A stretch of 64,000 nt of DNA from the NCBI GenBank assembly GCA_053919585.1, contig CM132792.1; one strand, given 5' to 3'. This stretch comes from Euprymna scolopes. Lineage: Eukaryota. Positions 14,901-27,800 of this stretch are shown here, in pieces (the stretch's first letter is position 1; each line of letters begins with the position of its first letter). The notes under the pieces are model-generated. The model saw only the letters and a list, made by a program, of their open reading frames with translations. It did no database searches and was not told where the DNA came from. The position numbers were made by a program, and so were the translations under genes.

Positions 14901-15164
14901 TTTTATTCTTAAAGGTTGCAGTTAAATGGGCAGATATTTTGGGAGAACAAAAAATAGCACAAAAGTTCACGGATAGAATTCGTCGCTGTATTCCCTCCTC
15001 ACAACTTTCTTAACTTCTAGCATGCATCTATCGCCCTCACCTTTGCTAACAAGTGTTTTATTTAAAAAAAAACTGACTGCATTTCATTTGCATCTGTGTG
15101 CAGTGGGCAGTGTGATTTCGTGCGATTCTATGAAATCACACATAAAACCACAGCCGCCATCTTT

Positions 15165-15722
15165 TTTTTTATTATTATTATTACAATTTCACCACAAACA
15201 AGGCACATTGCCACTTTGATAGAGGGGGCTACTATCAGGGACATAAGCTACAGGAGCAACTATGTAGGGAGTTGGGCAGCAAGATGTCAGTTCATGTTAT
15301 ACTTGAACTTCTGCATGTCAGTACAGTTGGGGAAGCAGGGATCCAGAAATGAATTTTAAAGTCTAGCGGTTCTGGGGAAGAAACTACTGGAGTAGAAGGC
15401 TCTCTTATATCTAGGGATCTCTACTGCGTTGGGGTGGGATTGAGCTGCTTGTCAGGTCTGTCGGGGGTATTTACATCGAGGGGGTACAAGTGCTTGCAGT
15501 TCGTTAGAGTATTCACCGTTAAAATACTTGTAGAACAGGCAGAGGGATGCAACATTTCATCGATGGGACAGAGGTTGAAGCCTAGATGACAGTTCGGGAC
15601 CTATCAGGTTGGCGACTCTCTTTTGAACCTTGTCTAGGAGCGAGAGACTAGTAGCAGATACACCAGCCCAAATATGACAACAATACTCCATACATGGGCG
15701 AATGGTGGCCTTATAGAGGCTT
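15165..15722 (-). mobile_element. 3' fragment of a related LINE
   Basis: The minus strand near 15660-15718 translates to LYKATIRPCMEYCCHIWAG, matching the C-terminal region of the 42-44 kb LINE. The element ends in a (TAA)n/A tail at about 15162-15183. Confidence 0.75.
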
Positions 15723-16141
15723 TAATCTCTCTCTCTCAGACCCCACCTGAAGGTAAGTCCTATAGCCACACCATGCACACACACGTGAGCGCTTGCTTCT
15801 TTGATTATTACATTCAACTCTGCAAAGATTTAAAATGGCACTTTGTTAACAGACTTACAATCAGAAAAAACATTATTTTTTCAACTGAATAAAAACAGTT
15901 CTTTTGTTTAAGGTCCTAAAATCTATCTCTCAGGCCAACAAAGATCAAACTAACCTCCTCGACTTGTTTTGCAGGAACATATACATATCCTATTACTGAA
16001 GTAAGGACATACAGTAAAACCATTTCAAAACTATTAGCTGCTTAATCTATGGACATAAAAACCCACTGAACGGTGTTTTCATTATCTAGAATGGACATTA
16101 ATTCTGAAAGATTCTAAGTGGTCTGCTTTCTTAATATAACA

Positions 16142-16425
16142 GGCTCCTTCAGTCTTTAACAGACTATGTATACCCATGAAGGGGTGCCCGCGCGTGAAAT
16201 CTTTTGTGACAGGAGGTGCGCTATCTGAAACCACACCTCTCCTGAGTTGACATTGTTAAATACCAGTGGCAAATGAAGTTTATGTACATGACGACTGGAG
16301 ACAAGTGCCAGAATAAGGGGAGAGCATATACAGCACCTAGAATTCCCATCTGGTACTAACCAGTCTCAACTTTACTTAACTTCGGTAATCTGACAGGAAC
16401 CGGTTTGTCAATGCAATTATGCTGT
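16142..16425 (-). mobile_element. 5S rRNA-headed SINE, more diverged copy
   Basis: gagagcatatacagcacct...cttaacttcggtaatctgacaggaaccgg is the reverse complement of the 5S-like head. The body motifs ccacacctctcc, ccagtggcaa and gacgactgga are present. Confidence 0.65.
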
Positions 16426-17729
16426 TTCTGCTTTCTTTAATATAAACCTAGTTTTCAAGAAGCCATTTTTTTTTCAAAGAGACTAACGGATTTCTGGGTT
16501 AGTTTCTTCTTTTAGGCATACATTTTTCAGGTTTTCAAAGCCAATATATCAAACTTTGACCTTGACTAGCTAATGTTCAATTGTTACTGCTGTATAGTGT
16601 AAGTTGGCACTTACCAGAGATACCATTATTCCTGGAGGAATGTCAAGATTAGCTTCTTTACAGTCAAAATAGTGACCCCTTTTCTGGAGAGCTAGATTCT
16701 CACTATAGACTGTATCTAACTTTGTTACTGTATCCTGAGAGAGGAATGGACTGGCAGAGGAGAAAGAAGGAGTGAGGAGAAGGGGGGAGGGGAAAGAGAA
16801 AAAGATGGAAGTTTTAATATAAATAAGTTAAACTTTTGCAACGTCGGCTAGCCCTGCTAGTAAAATGTACAAAAAAAAAAAAATCTGTCACAAACTACGA
16901 GCAACAGAACGGCGATAGATTAGCATTTGTTTCTTCAAACTCTTTTCTCAACTAAAAAGAGTCAACCGTTAGGGTTCTTTTTGTGTTTCTAAACCAAATA
17001 CAAAAAATGTTAACACACGTCATTATAATAAAATTGAATAAAATACATGCATTTTAATACCATTCCTTAAGAGTCCACCATTCACACTTCTCGGCCTAAC
17101 ATTCACAAGTAATATAAATTGCAACAAATGCATAAAAAATACTGCCAAGTCTGCTGCAAAGAAGGTGATCTCCGTCCAGATTAGAGGTTGTTGACGAAGA
17201 TTCTATCGCCGTCGTTAACATGATATAAATACACATAAAGTACTTATTCTTCAAGGTGGGATCTAAAATCGTATGTAACTCCTATTTTTTTTCTTTTCCC
17301 TCCCTCTCTTCGCTCCTTCTTTCTCCTCTGCCAACCCATTCCTCTCTCGAGATGTACACACATAACCAGGGGTAAATTTAAACCTGGGAGTAAAAAACTG
17401 AAGCACCTGATAATTAAAAAAAAAAAAATTATTTCTTTTCAGATTGTGTCATGTCTAAGAAACGTATATACCTGGATTCATATGTCCAATATCGCTTCAT
17501 TGTTGTGTTGTGTATAATACTATTTATTTATAAAACCCAAAGTTTTAAACAATAAAAGATTCTTTTTGACCTTGTTCTTCTGTCACTTTATGAAGGCTAT
17601 GTATTTTTTTTGCATGAGAATAGGTAAATGGAGATACATAAAGCCGAAGGGTCAATGAGAAAAGCTTGGGAACGACTGGTCTAGAGAAAGGTTAGCTAGA
17701 TAACTCACACCTGAAAGTATCCTATATCT

Positions 17730-17995
17730 CTACCCAGCCGCCATTTACCCATGCAAGGAGTATTGTTGTCACATCTGGGTTGGTGCACCGACCAATAGTT
17801 TCTCTCTTAGACAGGGCCAAAAAATAGGTTGCATACTGTCTACCAAGCTCAAGCTCCTGTCTTATCGATGCAGTGTAACAAGCCTCTACTCATTTTACAA
17901 GTTCTTCAATGAAATCTGCTCTGACGAATCTGCTGCAGTTGTAACCCTTTGGATTCCAAGAATTTCAAATTCCTTCCCTGCTCCCCGTTTTCTCC
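17730..17995 (+). mobile_element. Degenerate LINE fragment
   Basis: gagtattgttgtcacatctgggttggt encodes EYCCHIWVG, the same motif as in the other LINE copies. Confidence 0.55.
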
Positions 17996-18649
17996 CGACT
18001 GTTCTAACATGCAGAAATCTAAATTTAATATGAATGAACATCTCTTAGCAAAACTCTCCACTTAGGATGCCCTTATAAATCTGATCCTAATCCAGAGTAT
18101 CTCCTTTTGTCTCAGTAACAATACATCTTGGGATGAATATAATTTTTTTTTTTTTTTTTTTATATTAAGTCGGAGTTTATACTAGTGTTGGGACGATTAA
18201 TCAGAATTGTGATGCGGGGGGGGGTTAAAAAAAAAATACTAGACTTTGATGAGGTATCGAAATCGAAAAAAATTGTGCCTCTCATGTTTTTGTTTTAAAT
18301 CATGATGAAATGATAAAATATTTATTGATTTTAAACCATCAGTAAAATTAAAATCTGTAGACCCTCCCACCTCCATGCAAGTCTAGTTTACGTTTTGGAA
18401 AATATATACATATTATGGTTTTGTTTTTGTTTTTATGCTTTCTTTAAAGTGGAGGGAGTTAATTTGAATAAAACATAACTTTATAGGCAAATATTTAGAG
18501 ATTTGAAAAGAATCGGGATAGGCCATTTAGAACACAATAGGTAATTGCATCGGAATTGGAAAAATATTGGAATTGTTTCATTACTTGTATATACTTACTG
18601 CGGTGTATAGAGATAATAATATTATCGGGAGTTACTAAGTAATTGATGA

Positions 18650-18706
<57 letters not shown>

Positions 18707-18709
<3 letters not shown>

Positions 18710-18939
18710 CTACTTCATGTTACATAAATTAACATACGAAAGTAATATTTTATGCGTAAACTTTAAGTATTTACTTCAGTGCTCAATACATAGGTAGAGC
18801 TAGGTAGTAAGTTATAAAAATATATATGGCAATTAAGCTACATAGAATACTCCGCATTTCATCCACGCTAGGATTCGTCAGACTTAAGCCTGACGAATCC
18901 TAGCGCGGATGAAACGCGGAGTATTCTATGTAACTTAAT

Positions 18940-18950
<11 letters not shown>
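18707..18950. mobile_element. (TA)n-embedded Penelope-like/retrozyme-type element ending in a 130-bp palindrome with hammerhead core
   Basis: 18821-18950 is an inverted repeat with 4 mismatches. The plus arm reads CTGACGA-ATCC(tagcgc)GGAT-GAAA-C..GTA (18890-18923). (TA)n flanks both sides. A homolog lies at 63450-63621. Confidence 0.65.
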
Positions 18951-19010
<60 letters not shown>

Positions 19011-19013
<3 letters not shown>

Positions 19014-19170
19014 CTATGATTATGTTTTTCATATCTACAGATACTAGTGTTTCATTCTTTCGGGAATCATCAGTGCAGGGTGTTATGATTACAGCCAGTC
19101 GGAAGATTCGAACCCGGCCACGAAACCATGTCTGACTATTAGCAAGAAACAAACCGCACAGCCAACGCTA
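19011..19170 (-). mobile_element. Compact tRNA/Pol III-headed element with hammerhead motif (family B)
   Basis: On the minus strand: A-box TGGCTGTGCGG (19164-19154), B-box GGTTCGAATC (19114-19105), hammerhead at 19078-19035, then a short tail running into (TA)n. A second copy lies at about 1375-1480. Confidence 0.65.
19035..19078 (-). ncRNA. Minimal type I hammerhead ribozyme-like motif
   Basis: CTGCA-CTGATGA-TTCCCGAAAGAAT-GAAA-C-ACTAGT-ATC-TGTAG: stem I CTGCA/TGTAG, palindromic ACTAGT stem III, AUC triplet. Stem II is imperfect. Confidence 0.6.
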
Positions 19171-19917
19171 ACTGCGAGAAATAAAGTTGAAATTAATATT
19201 TTATATAAAGCATAAATGTCAAGACGGCGAGAGTGAACATCATGGTCTGCACATATGGGCTTAAATGACCGACTTTAATTTCAACTCAGAATGCTCAACA
19301 ATAAGAACCGAGAACTTAACGGGGTGGGGGTGACATTATATATATATATTTTTTTTTTTAGAACAAACTTGTTTTTTTTTGTTTGTTTGTTTAAAGACCG
19401 GAGTGAAACGTACGATTTTAGACGCCACCTTGAAGAATAAATATTTATTTATTCATTTATGTTTATTTATATTCTTTATGTTAACGACGGCGATAGTTAG
19501 AATCTTCGTCAACGACCTCACACGAAGCTAGCATAGTTAATAAATTAAATAAACCCATAACCAGTGACACATTCATTACATTCGATATCAATAGAGTTTT
19601 TCTTGTGACGAAGGAGATTTCAGGTGCGCGTTCCGAAGCGTAAAAATGACGTCCACAGTCACGGCACGCATTTCAACAAAGCACGTGTTATTAGTCGAAC
19701 TTAGCACTCTTATTTACACGAAACATTGGCGCAGACATTACGGCGCCTGTCGGATCGATAGAACGCATAAAACACAGGCATCATCATCATGGTCGTGGTC
19801 GTCGTGAAAACGGGACTGGAACGTTAACAGAACGAGAAAAGAGACAGAATCCAGAGTAGCGATTAAACAACAGCAAGAAAGCCTAGTCTGTTGTGGGGCA
19901 ATACTAAATCGTACAGC

Positions 19918-19963
<46 letters not shown>

Positions 19964-20164
19964 ATTGATTGCTAGAAAGCATAAATGTCACGTGCGTAAG
20001 AAGCAGATAAACAGGCTGGGTTTTATTTGACAACCGAGTGGTAGATGGGAACATTTTTTTTTTTAAAGCTAAGAGAAATACAAAGAAGGAACGAGAGAAT
20101 AGAGATTCATACACACATACACACGTGGATGCGTGTTCCAAAAAATTAGGACAACATCCTAATA

Positions 20165-20476
20165 AAGGAGACCTATAGTTTATCTGATTTATCGGGCTCT
20201 CTTCAGCCTCTGTCAGTCTCCAAGAAGACTTGTTCCCCCCCTACCCCTACCACCAGAGAGACAGGCAGAAATAGAAGCCGATGAAATTCCAGCATAGGAA
20301 GCTAACTATAGGTTACCTATGTTTGGATTTGAAACCGATGGTACCGATGTTGTCTTGATCTCCTGTAATACATGTCTAAATAAATAAATATTACATTCTT
20401 ATTTCTTTCTTTATTTTTTTTTAGCTTTTATTAATAATTGAGCACTCTGCTGAGGGTCCTCTCCCACTAGCTACAA

Positions 20477-20480
<4 letters not shown>
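20165..20480. mobile_element. Decayed Penelope-like non-autonomous repeat next to (TA)n
   Basis: Shares gtttggatttgaaaccga(c/t)ggta with about 1600-1622, has partial inverted arms (acctatagtt / aactataggt), and has a ttgagcactc tail before (TA)n. Confidence 0.4.
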
Positions 20481-20538
<58 letters not shown>

Positions 20539-21107
20539 TCAAGGGTGCGAGTTCCATATAGAAACGTTGATTTAATTTGAATAAAATAAAATACGCATTA
20601 AATGCGCTTGAAACCAAATCACAACGTAATATTAGGAAAATAAACAAATGTTACTTGTTTGAAATTTATAACAAATATATTTCAGAGGTATACTCCATCC
20701 TCAGTGTGTTGTTTTCTTTTTTTTTTCTTCCTACTTGCCATGTTGTAAAGTTGGAGAAAGAAAAGCCTGTTTGTAAAAAGCCGCGCATTTGATGCGTATT
20801 TGATTTTATTGAAATTAAATCAACGTTTCTATATGGAACTCACACCCTTGATGTTATTCTCGCGTTGCCTACGCACTGTACCAACATTTCAAAATACAAC
20901 CGCTGAGATACAACGCGCGGCTTTTTTTACAAACAGACTTTTCTTTCTCCAACTTTACAACATGGCAAGAAAGAAGAAGAAAGAAAACAACATACTGAGG
21001 ATGGAATGTAGCTCCGAAATATATTTGTTATAAATTTAAAATAAGTAAAATATTTTTTTACTTCCTAACATTATATTGTGATGTGTTTCAAGCGCATTTG
21101 ATGCGTA

Positions 21108-21112
<5 letters not shown>
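20539..21112. repeat. Overlapping double inverted repeat between two (TA)n(GA)n tracts
   Basis: 20539-20607 is inverted at 20782-20851, and about 20585-20762 is inverted at about 20943-21112. Confidence 0.75.
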
Positions 21113-21187
<75 letters not shown>

Positions 21188-23342
21188 AGAGAGGGGGGTA
21201 AGGGAGTAATAATACACATTGCCGTTTATTATAGAGTAGAGGATCGTTCGAATATAAAAATGAGTGTTAACGCTTTTTCAAGAAACAAATTCTATACAAA
21301 TTGGTTCCATTTGTAATTTGCCACTGATATCAACAATTTAACCACGCCCATTAGACAGAGATTATTTAATATCATTGTATATTGGTACACAGGACGGATT
21401 TGGTTTTTAACCTTGTCTCGTGCCAAGAGAAAGTAGGTGATCGCGGCGATTGGGACTTAAGAGACCAAGCTGTACATAATTATCTCACGAGACAGATAGG
21501 TTACTTGATGACCTTGCGATAAATTGCTTTCCTATGAGAAAAATGGCTTATTTAGTGTCCGGATTTATTCGCCGCTTCAGGCCAAAGTTAGACACTGGTT
21601 AGTTTTTTTTTTTTAATTTTGAGTGAAAGTCAGCCCCACTTCAAGAGAGAACTCTAGATATGGAACGAAAATAACTACATTTCTGTTGACACACTCTCGC
21701 AACTGATGGCACCTTCAGACAATAGGCAAACACATCGCTTTCCATAATACACTACTTCGGTTCTAGTAAGACGCCATTTTGTAGAAAACAGAAAAGCAAA
21801 GAAAAAAAATTGATTCATATACATTCATTCAAACATGTTTTTCTTCAGATTACAAGTGTAATCTATATAAATAAAAAGTAGATGTATGTATGTGTGGGTT
21901 AAAATATTTAACCGATAAGCTCTTGACCTATTGGTCAAATAACGCTGAAATTAACAGGAAATAGTAATCATATATCAAGCATGGTTTATAAATTAGAAAT
22001 ATGTCGGCAAATTGAAATACAAAAATGTTCATTTCAACTTACCAATATATTTCTATTACTTTTGCGCATGCACAAATTCATTCGTAGCTTAAAATGGTTT
22101 AATTTTAAATCTTATCTATCTGCTGATAGCTCAAACGGTAGGGAACATGGCTGTAGCGCTAAATGTTTTGATGTCGATTCTAACTGATGATTTTTTTTTT
22201 TTTTTTTTTAGAATTTGGCGCTTCTTCGTTATAAGAGCGAAATTCAAAAATTAAATATCAAGTAAAACCAATGGTATTTACTTATGTTGAATTTAGTAAC
22301 ATATCTAAAAATTACGAAAAACGATAAGATAGGAAATTAATCATTAATGGAAATAGTTAAAAAAAAAAAAAAATTCAAGTTCATACATAAATAAAGAGTA
22401 TGAAGTCAGGGGAAGTAACTGTTACAATTAATGGCGGATATCGCATTAATGTATGTTTTATGTAATTGCTAGCTGTATATACTCTGCGTTGCCAGGTTAA
22501 AACATATTGCCGGGGGAGGGGGTAGTCACATACTATTTAAAGTACGCCGAATATCCTGACTTCTTACGATTTTCCTGAAATTAGACCATATTTTGAATTC
22601 ATGAAAGCATAAAACACAAACATTTCTGTCTAAACGGAAAATAACTCACAGTTTAAATAAATGAACTTCCGCTTTTAAACGCAACTGGTGTCGGTAATAA
22701 TTGAAAATACATTAAATTAAGTGTAAATTAAATCAAAAATAAATCAACCTCAAATAATATTTTTAAATAGAACAGTTAAAACAATTTTATTACAAACAAA
22801 AACAGGGAAATAATTATTAAAAGATTTTCTTTAATGTAATATGCAAATGAGGATACTTCTTTAATGTAGATTTCTGTTGAATGAATAGTATATATAAAAG
22901 AAATCTTGCAATAAAAGTGCGTAAAAGTTCGTTTTTAATATGAAAATTAATTTGTGAAACAATATACCTTTTGTATATATTAACCAGTAAGGAAACAGGA
23001 ATACGACTTTCTAATAAATGCAATAATATTTAATTATAACATGGCAATTAAGTAGATAACATTGCTTTTAGTTGAAATTGACATAAAAAGTAAGTAGATA
23101 CCAGTGTTTTTTTCTTGTTTTGTTTTGTTTTGAATTTAATGATTTTTTTTTTTTTTTTTTTCAATTTTCGGATTTCATTTTTTTTACGAAGAAGCACCTA
23201 AAATTTAAATTAAAATTTTTTAATGAAATTCAGGTCAACTGAACTCCCTATTTTGGGCTATTGTAGCATTTTGAAACAGTTAATATTTTTTACTACTAAC
23301 TCCAGGTCTGAGTGGTAAGGTCGTAGTCGGCTTACAAAAAAA

Positions 23343-23373
<31 letters not shown>

Positions 23374-24939
23374 ACTCCATCACAGAAGCTCCCAGCTTTG
23401 TGAAAAATGTCTTTTTTGCAGGAATCAAAGAGCTCCCGTTTCGTTTGAACACGGTTGAAAAAATATGAATAAAAATAACATCGGCTATGATTCATAGTTG
23501 ATGTTATTTTGTGTGTGTGTGTATATATATATAATTTTATACCTGTATTTTAACTCTTCAGTGGCCTACGAAAGAGTTTAAAACAACGAGTACAAGATTA
23601 ATTTTAAAGCGGAAAGGGGAGATAATACAAAACTAAGAATAACCGAAACGAAATTGATCCAGTAAAAAAAAACGCAATTATTTATTTTATTTATTTTTTT
23701 TTGTATTTCTGTAGTTTATGGCCTATATTTTAGATAAGATTTTCACGTTAAAAGTTACCGTAAAAAATTGAATTTGTTTTATTAAATTGTAAGGTATAGA
23801 ATAGTTAACAAAACGATCTCTACCCATGTTAAGAATGGGTTTCTAAATAATGACGTTATTATTTCAGCACGGCCCTTAAGCTACAGAAGTATATATTTTT
23901 CTGGTTTTAGTTAATGTAATATTTTTACATGTAGTTTTGTAGATTTGAGAAACTCGGTCGTGATAGAATGCGAAACAAAATGTCTGACTCCTAAACCAAC
24001 GAACCCAGATCGAATTTTAGACTAATTTACTTCCAATTGATCCGTCCCAGAATTTCAATCAGACGAACTACGACGAAGCTAAACAGTAAACACAAGCAGT
24101 AGCACTACAATCCACTCAACACAAGTATGGAAGCACACAACATCTTGGAATAATCTAATCATAAAACGAATGAATGAAGAAAAAAGATGGATCGATTGAT
24201 ATTATTATAGATCTCCTTCGGTCATCAGCAAAATTAATTCATATTATTTAGAATTAAACCTATTAATAACTAAATCGCAGAAAAATCTTTATGATGTACG
24301 TACCCGTCACAGAATGAAAATGTCATATTCCAAAAATTATGTAAAATGATCTAGAAGTTTAAATAAATATATAATTTTTCATCGGATAAAAAAAAAAGTC
24401 TCGCTTCGTAATAAAATTTTACTTTCTTTAAAAAAAAAAAAAAAAAAACTACTTTATCAATTTACGTAATTTTTGGAATAGGACATCTTTGTTCCGAGAA
24501 AGGTGCACACATCATGAAGTCTTTAGGTTTTTGTTTTGAAAATAGGTTGAATTCTAAATATGCATCAATTAATTTAATAAAAAAAACAATTGTTTGTCCG
24601 TTTTAAATAGTACATTTGACTTTTAGTAATTTATAAAGATCACGGCCATGGAAGAACGCAAGGAAACAATCTGGTTATGCTTTAAAAGTAGTTTTATGCT
24701 GGTGTTTTGTGATATATTACTAAATGATAAACCATTTCCATTAAAACTTCAGTTAGTATTATGCATCTAAAATTGTCAAAAAAAGCACGCTTGGAAAGTC
24801 TTCACATTATATAAAAGAAGGCAGGGCAAAACAAAATGGCCACCGAATTTTACCTGATGTCATGTTTATCTAAAAACGAAATTAGAATGTTAACTCCCCA
24901 CTTAATATAAATTAATATTTCGGGTATTTCTGAACCCGA

Positions 24940-25230
24940 GTATACGGTATAATCACGTTTGACACACTGGTTCCCGTCAGATCACCGAAGTTAAGCAAGG
25001 ATGAGCCTGGCCAGTATCAGATGGGTGACCATTTCGGACTTCCAGGTGCTGTATGTGCTCTCTGCTTATCTTGGCATTGTTTCCAGTCGTCCTGGACTTT
25101 TCCTTACCACTGGACTCAAGCAGTGCCGATTCCGGAGAGGTGTGGTTGGTGATTGCGCAACCCTTGCCACAATTACATGCGCATCTGCCCCTACAGGGGG
25201 TATCCTTTGTCTTTCGAGACTGAACGGAGG
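24940..25230 (+). mobile_element. 5S rRNA-headed SINE (SINE3-like)
   Basis: The first ~115 nt (tacgg...gtcagatcaccgaagttaagca...gcctggccagta...gatgggtgacc...ccaggtgctgta) align by eye to eukaryotic 5S rRNA, including the A and C box regions. A non-5S body of about 175 nt is shared with two other copies. Confidence 0.8.
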
Positions 25231-25468
25231 CGATTTCCACGAAGTTACTCGGGTGTGCCCGGCAGATAACGGGAATAACCGGAAACGGCCGGGCGAGCCT
25301 TGTTACAAAAAAACGCAAATTGTTACCCCTCCCTCCCATGTTAAGAATGAAATTCATAAAGTAATACATCGTAAAATAATATCTTAGTCTCCAGAAAATT
25401 ACTTATCGACTATTTCCGGTTCTTTCCGTCATCCGCCCGGCACGCCAGAGTAACTTCGTGGAAATCGT
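25231..25468. mobile_element. Small MITE with ~60-bp TIRs
   Basis: cgatttccacgaagttactc...ccggaaa and tttccgg...gagtaacttcgtggaaatcg are inverted. Confidence 0.75.
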
Positions 25469-25571
25469 GGGCTCATAAATACGGAAGTACGATATTTCGA
25501 TTATCTTTTTTAATCGATCTCTTTTTACCATATCGATAACCTTAGAGGATTCAATTTCTTTTTAGGGAAGA

Positions 25572-26168
25572 ATCGGGTTTGTTTTACTATACACAGATTC
25601 GAAAAAGTTGTCAAAAAACAAATGCATAATAAATGAATGTTATCAAAAGCAAGACAAGTTACTTTTCTACCTAACTGGATAATTTTTTAGTGTTTTTATT
25701 TAATGTAAAATGTTTATTCGGCTAAAAAAACACATACTATTTACCGATGTATTTGAAAAATGCAAATGGCGACGAACTGTGTTGAATACGTAAGTTTGGG
25801 AAAATGAGTTAAAACTAAAAAACTATAAAAAATACTGTTAGAAACCCACATAATATATCAACCTATGCTACAGTAACATATACTGAGTTGGTTTCTAACA
25901 GTATTTTTTATAGTTTTTTTTTAGTTTTAACTCATTTTCCCAAACTTACATATTCAAAACAGTCCGTCGCCATTTGCATTTTTCAAATACATCGGTAAAC
26001 GCGGTATATTTTTCGAGCCGAATAAACACTTTAAAGTAAATAAAAACACTAAAAGAATATCCAGTTAGGTAGAAAAGTAACTTATTTTGCTTTCGATAAC
26101 ATTTATTTGTTATATATTTGTTTTTTGACAACTTTTTCGAATCTATGCGTATAGTAATACAACCCCGA
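25572..26168. mobile_element. Foldback MITE with ~275-bp inverted arms
   Basis: 25572-25847 and 25891-26168 are imperfect reverse complements around a spacer of about 45 bp. Confidence 0.85.
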
Positions 26169-27379
26169 ACAATCTTTTGTTTTAGCCAAAGTAAAAGCCG
26201 TTGTTTCCAATATGAAAGAGCACCACGATCGCCGTTATAATTAAAAGAATTTACGAGTTGACAACAGTGGTTGAATAATAAGAGAAAAATTAATATTTTA
26301 AATAGTAGACTTTGCGAAGCGATAGCGAACCGACAGAACCTGTTAGTAACAAATAAAATCAGTACAATTTTATTCAACCGATTATAGTCAACGTTGTCCG
26401 CTCTTTTTGACTTCCGGTTTCTGCTATCAATTTAACTGGTCAGGCTAGCCATTCTTAACAAGGGAAAATAGGCTTTTACGTTATCTGAGAAGGTACTCAT
26501 TAATTAGAACGGATCAGGATCATATCTTGCTTATCACTGTCGTTCTATCCGCGAAGCAGAGACCGGAAGTAAAATTAAATAAATAAATAAATAAAATTTT
26601 AAAAAATTAAAAAAAAAAAAAAAAAAAAAACTTTCTTTACGGTCATATTCGCTTATACCGAGTGAGGGAGTATTATGTATGTATGTATGCATGTATGTAT
26701 GGTATTTTATTTAGTGTGTGTGTGTGTGTGTGTGTTTGTAAGGAATGAGTATTTCAGTATGAAGTCAGTCCTGACTTCCGAAATTGGTTGAAATTGTTTA
26801 CGACTTGAAAGTTTTTGTTTTGTTTTAACTTGTTTTTTTTTTTAAAGCTATAGAACGCTGTTTTTCTTTTGCATACCTAATGCAGTTTCGTAAAAAAAAA
26901 AAAAAAAAAAAAATGAATAAAAAATCGCAGCTTTTAATTTGTAAACTGTTTCAGTCATTTCCGGAACTGAACCTATAAATACTGTAATCCTCTGGATACC
27001 CATTCCTTAGAAATACCTTCTTTTTTTTTTCTAACTAAAGGGATTCAGGACATTAGAACCATGTAATTAAAAATACAACTGCCCCTTCCTAATAAATGAA
27101 TAAATAAATACCTCATTTCCGCACCCCATTATTTCTTAAACAACAAAAAACGCATTTCAGCGTCGAACAACTAGGTATGGTCGTGAGAGCGTGATGTTTA
27201 ATGTTCGGGTAACCGCGGAAAGTTGGTGGATGTTAGCGTGACTACCGACGGTGGTGAAGTTAGCCAAACACGCGTCACACAACAAGCATTACACCTGATG
27301 ACAGGTGCGACCTTTCAAAGTAAGAAGCGCGAAAGGGCTGGTTTACAACATAACTCAATCCGTTTCCGAACTTCGGGAA

Positions 27380-27800
27380 TGAGGATTGATCACTCGTATT
27401 ATTTTAATTATTCGGAATACTGTTCTTATATGGAGTGTTATTTTAACAACGTTTCGGTCGATGTAAACTCCGACCTTCTTGTAGGTGTATCTTGTCGAAC
27501 TTGAGAATCTTTCTGTCAAACTCGGGAATCTGTACGGAATTCGAACGGAACCCTTCATTTAATCCGCGAGGGTAACATGCTCTCCTTCTGTTGAATGTTT
27601 AGTCCTTAGTGCGAATAACACTCAAAATACAATAGCGAATTACTTAGGAGATGGCTCTGTGGATTAAATAAAAGGTTTCGTTCAAAATTCCGCGCAGATT
27701 CCTAGAGCTCGACAAAATAAACCTGAAGAAAATCGGAGGTTACTTCGACCGAAATCTTGTGAAAATAACAACAGTAAAACAATCCAAAATCGAATAACTC
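27380..27800. mobile_element. Family A element as an inverted pair
   Basis: About 27435-27570 and 27655-27775 are imperfect inverted repeats, with acctgaagaaaatcggaggttacttcgaccgaaa at 27721-27754. Confidence 0.65.

Noticed and set aside
24940-25055. Functional 5S rRNA gene (also 8408, 16330)
   Set aside because: Too diverged, no oligo-T terminator after the 5S part, and fused to a common SINE body.
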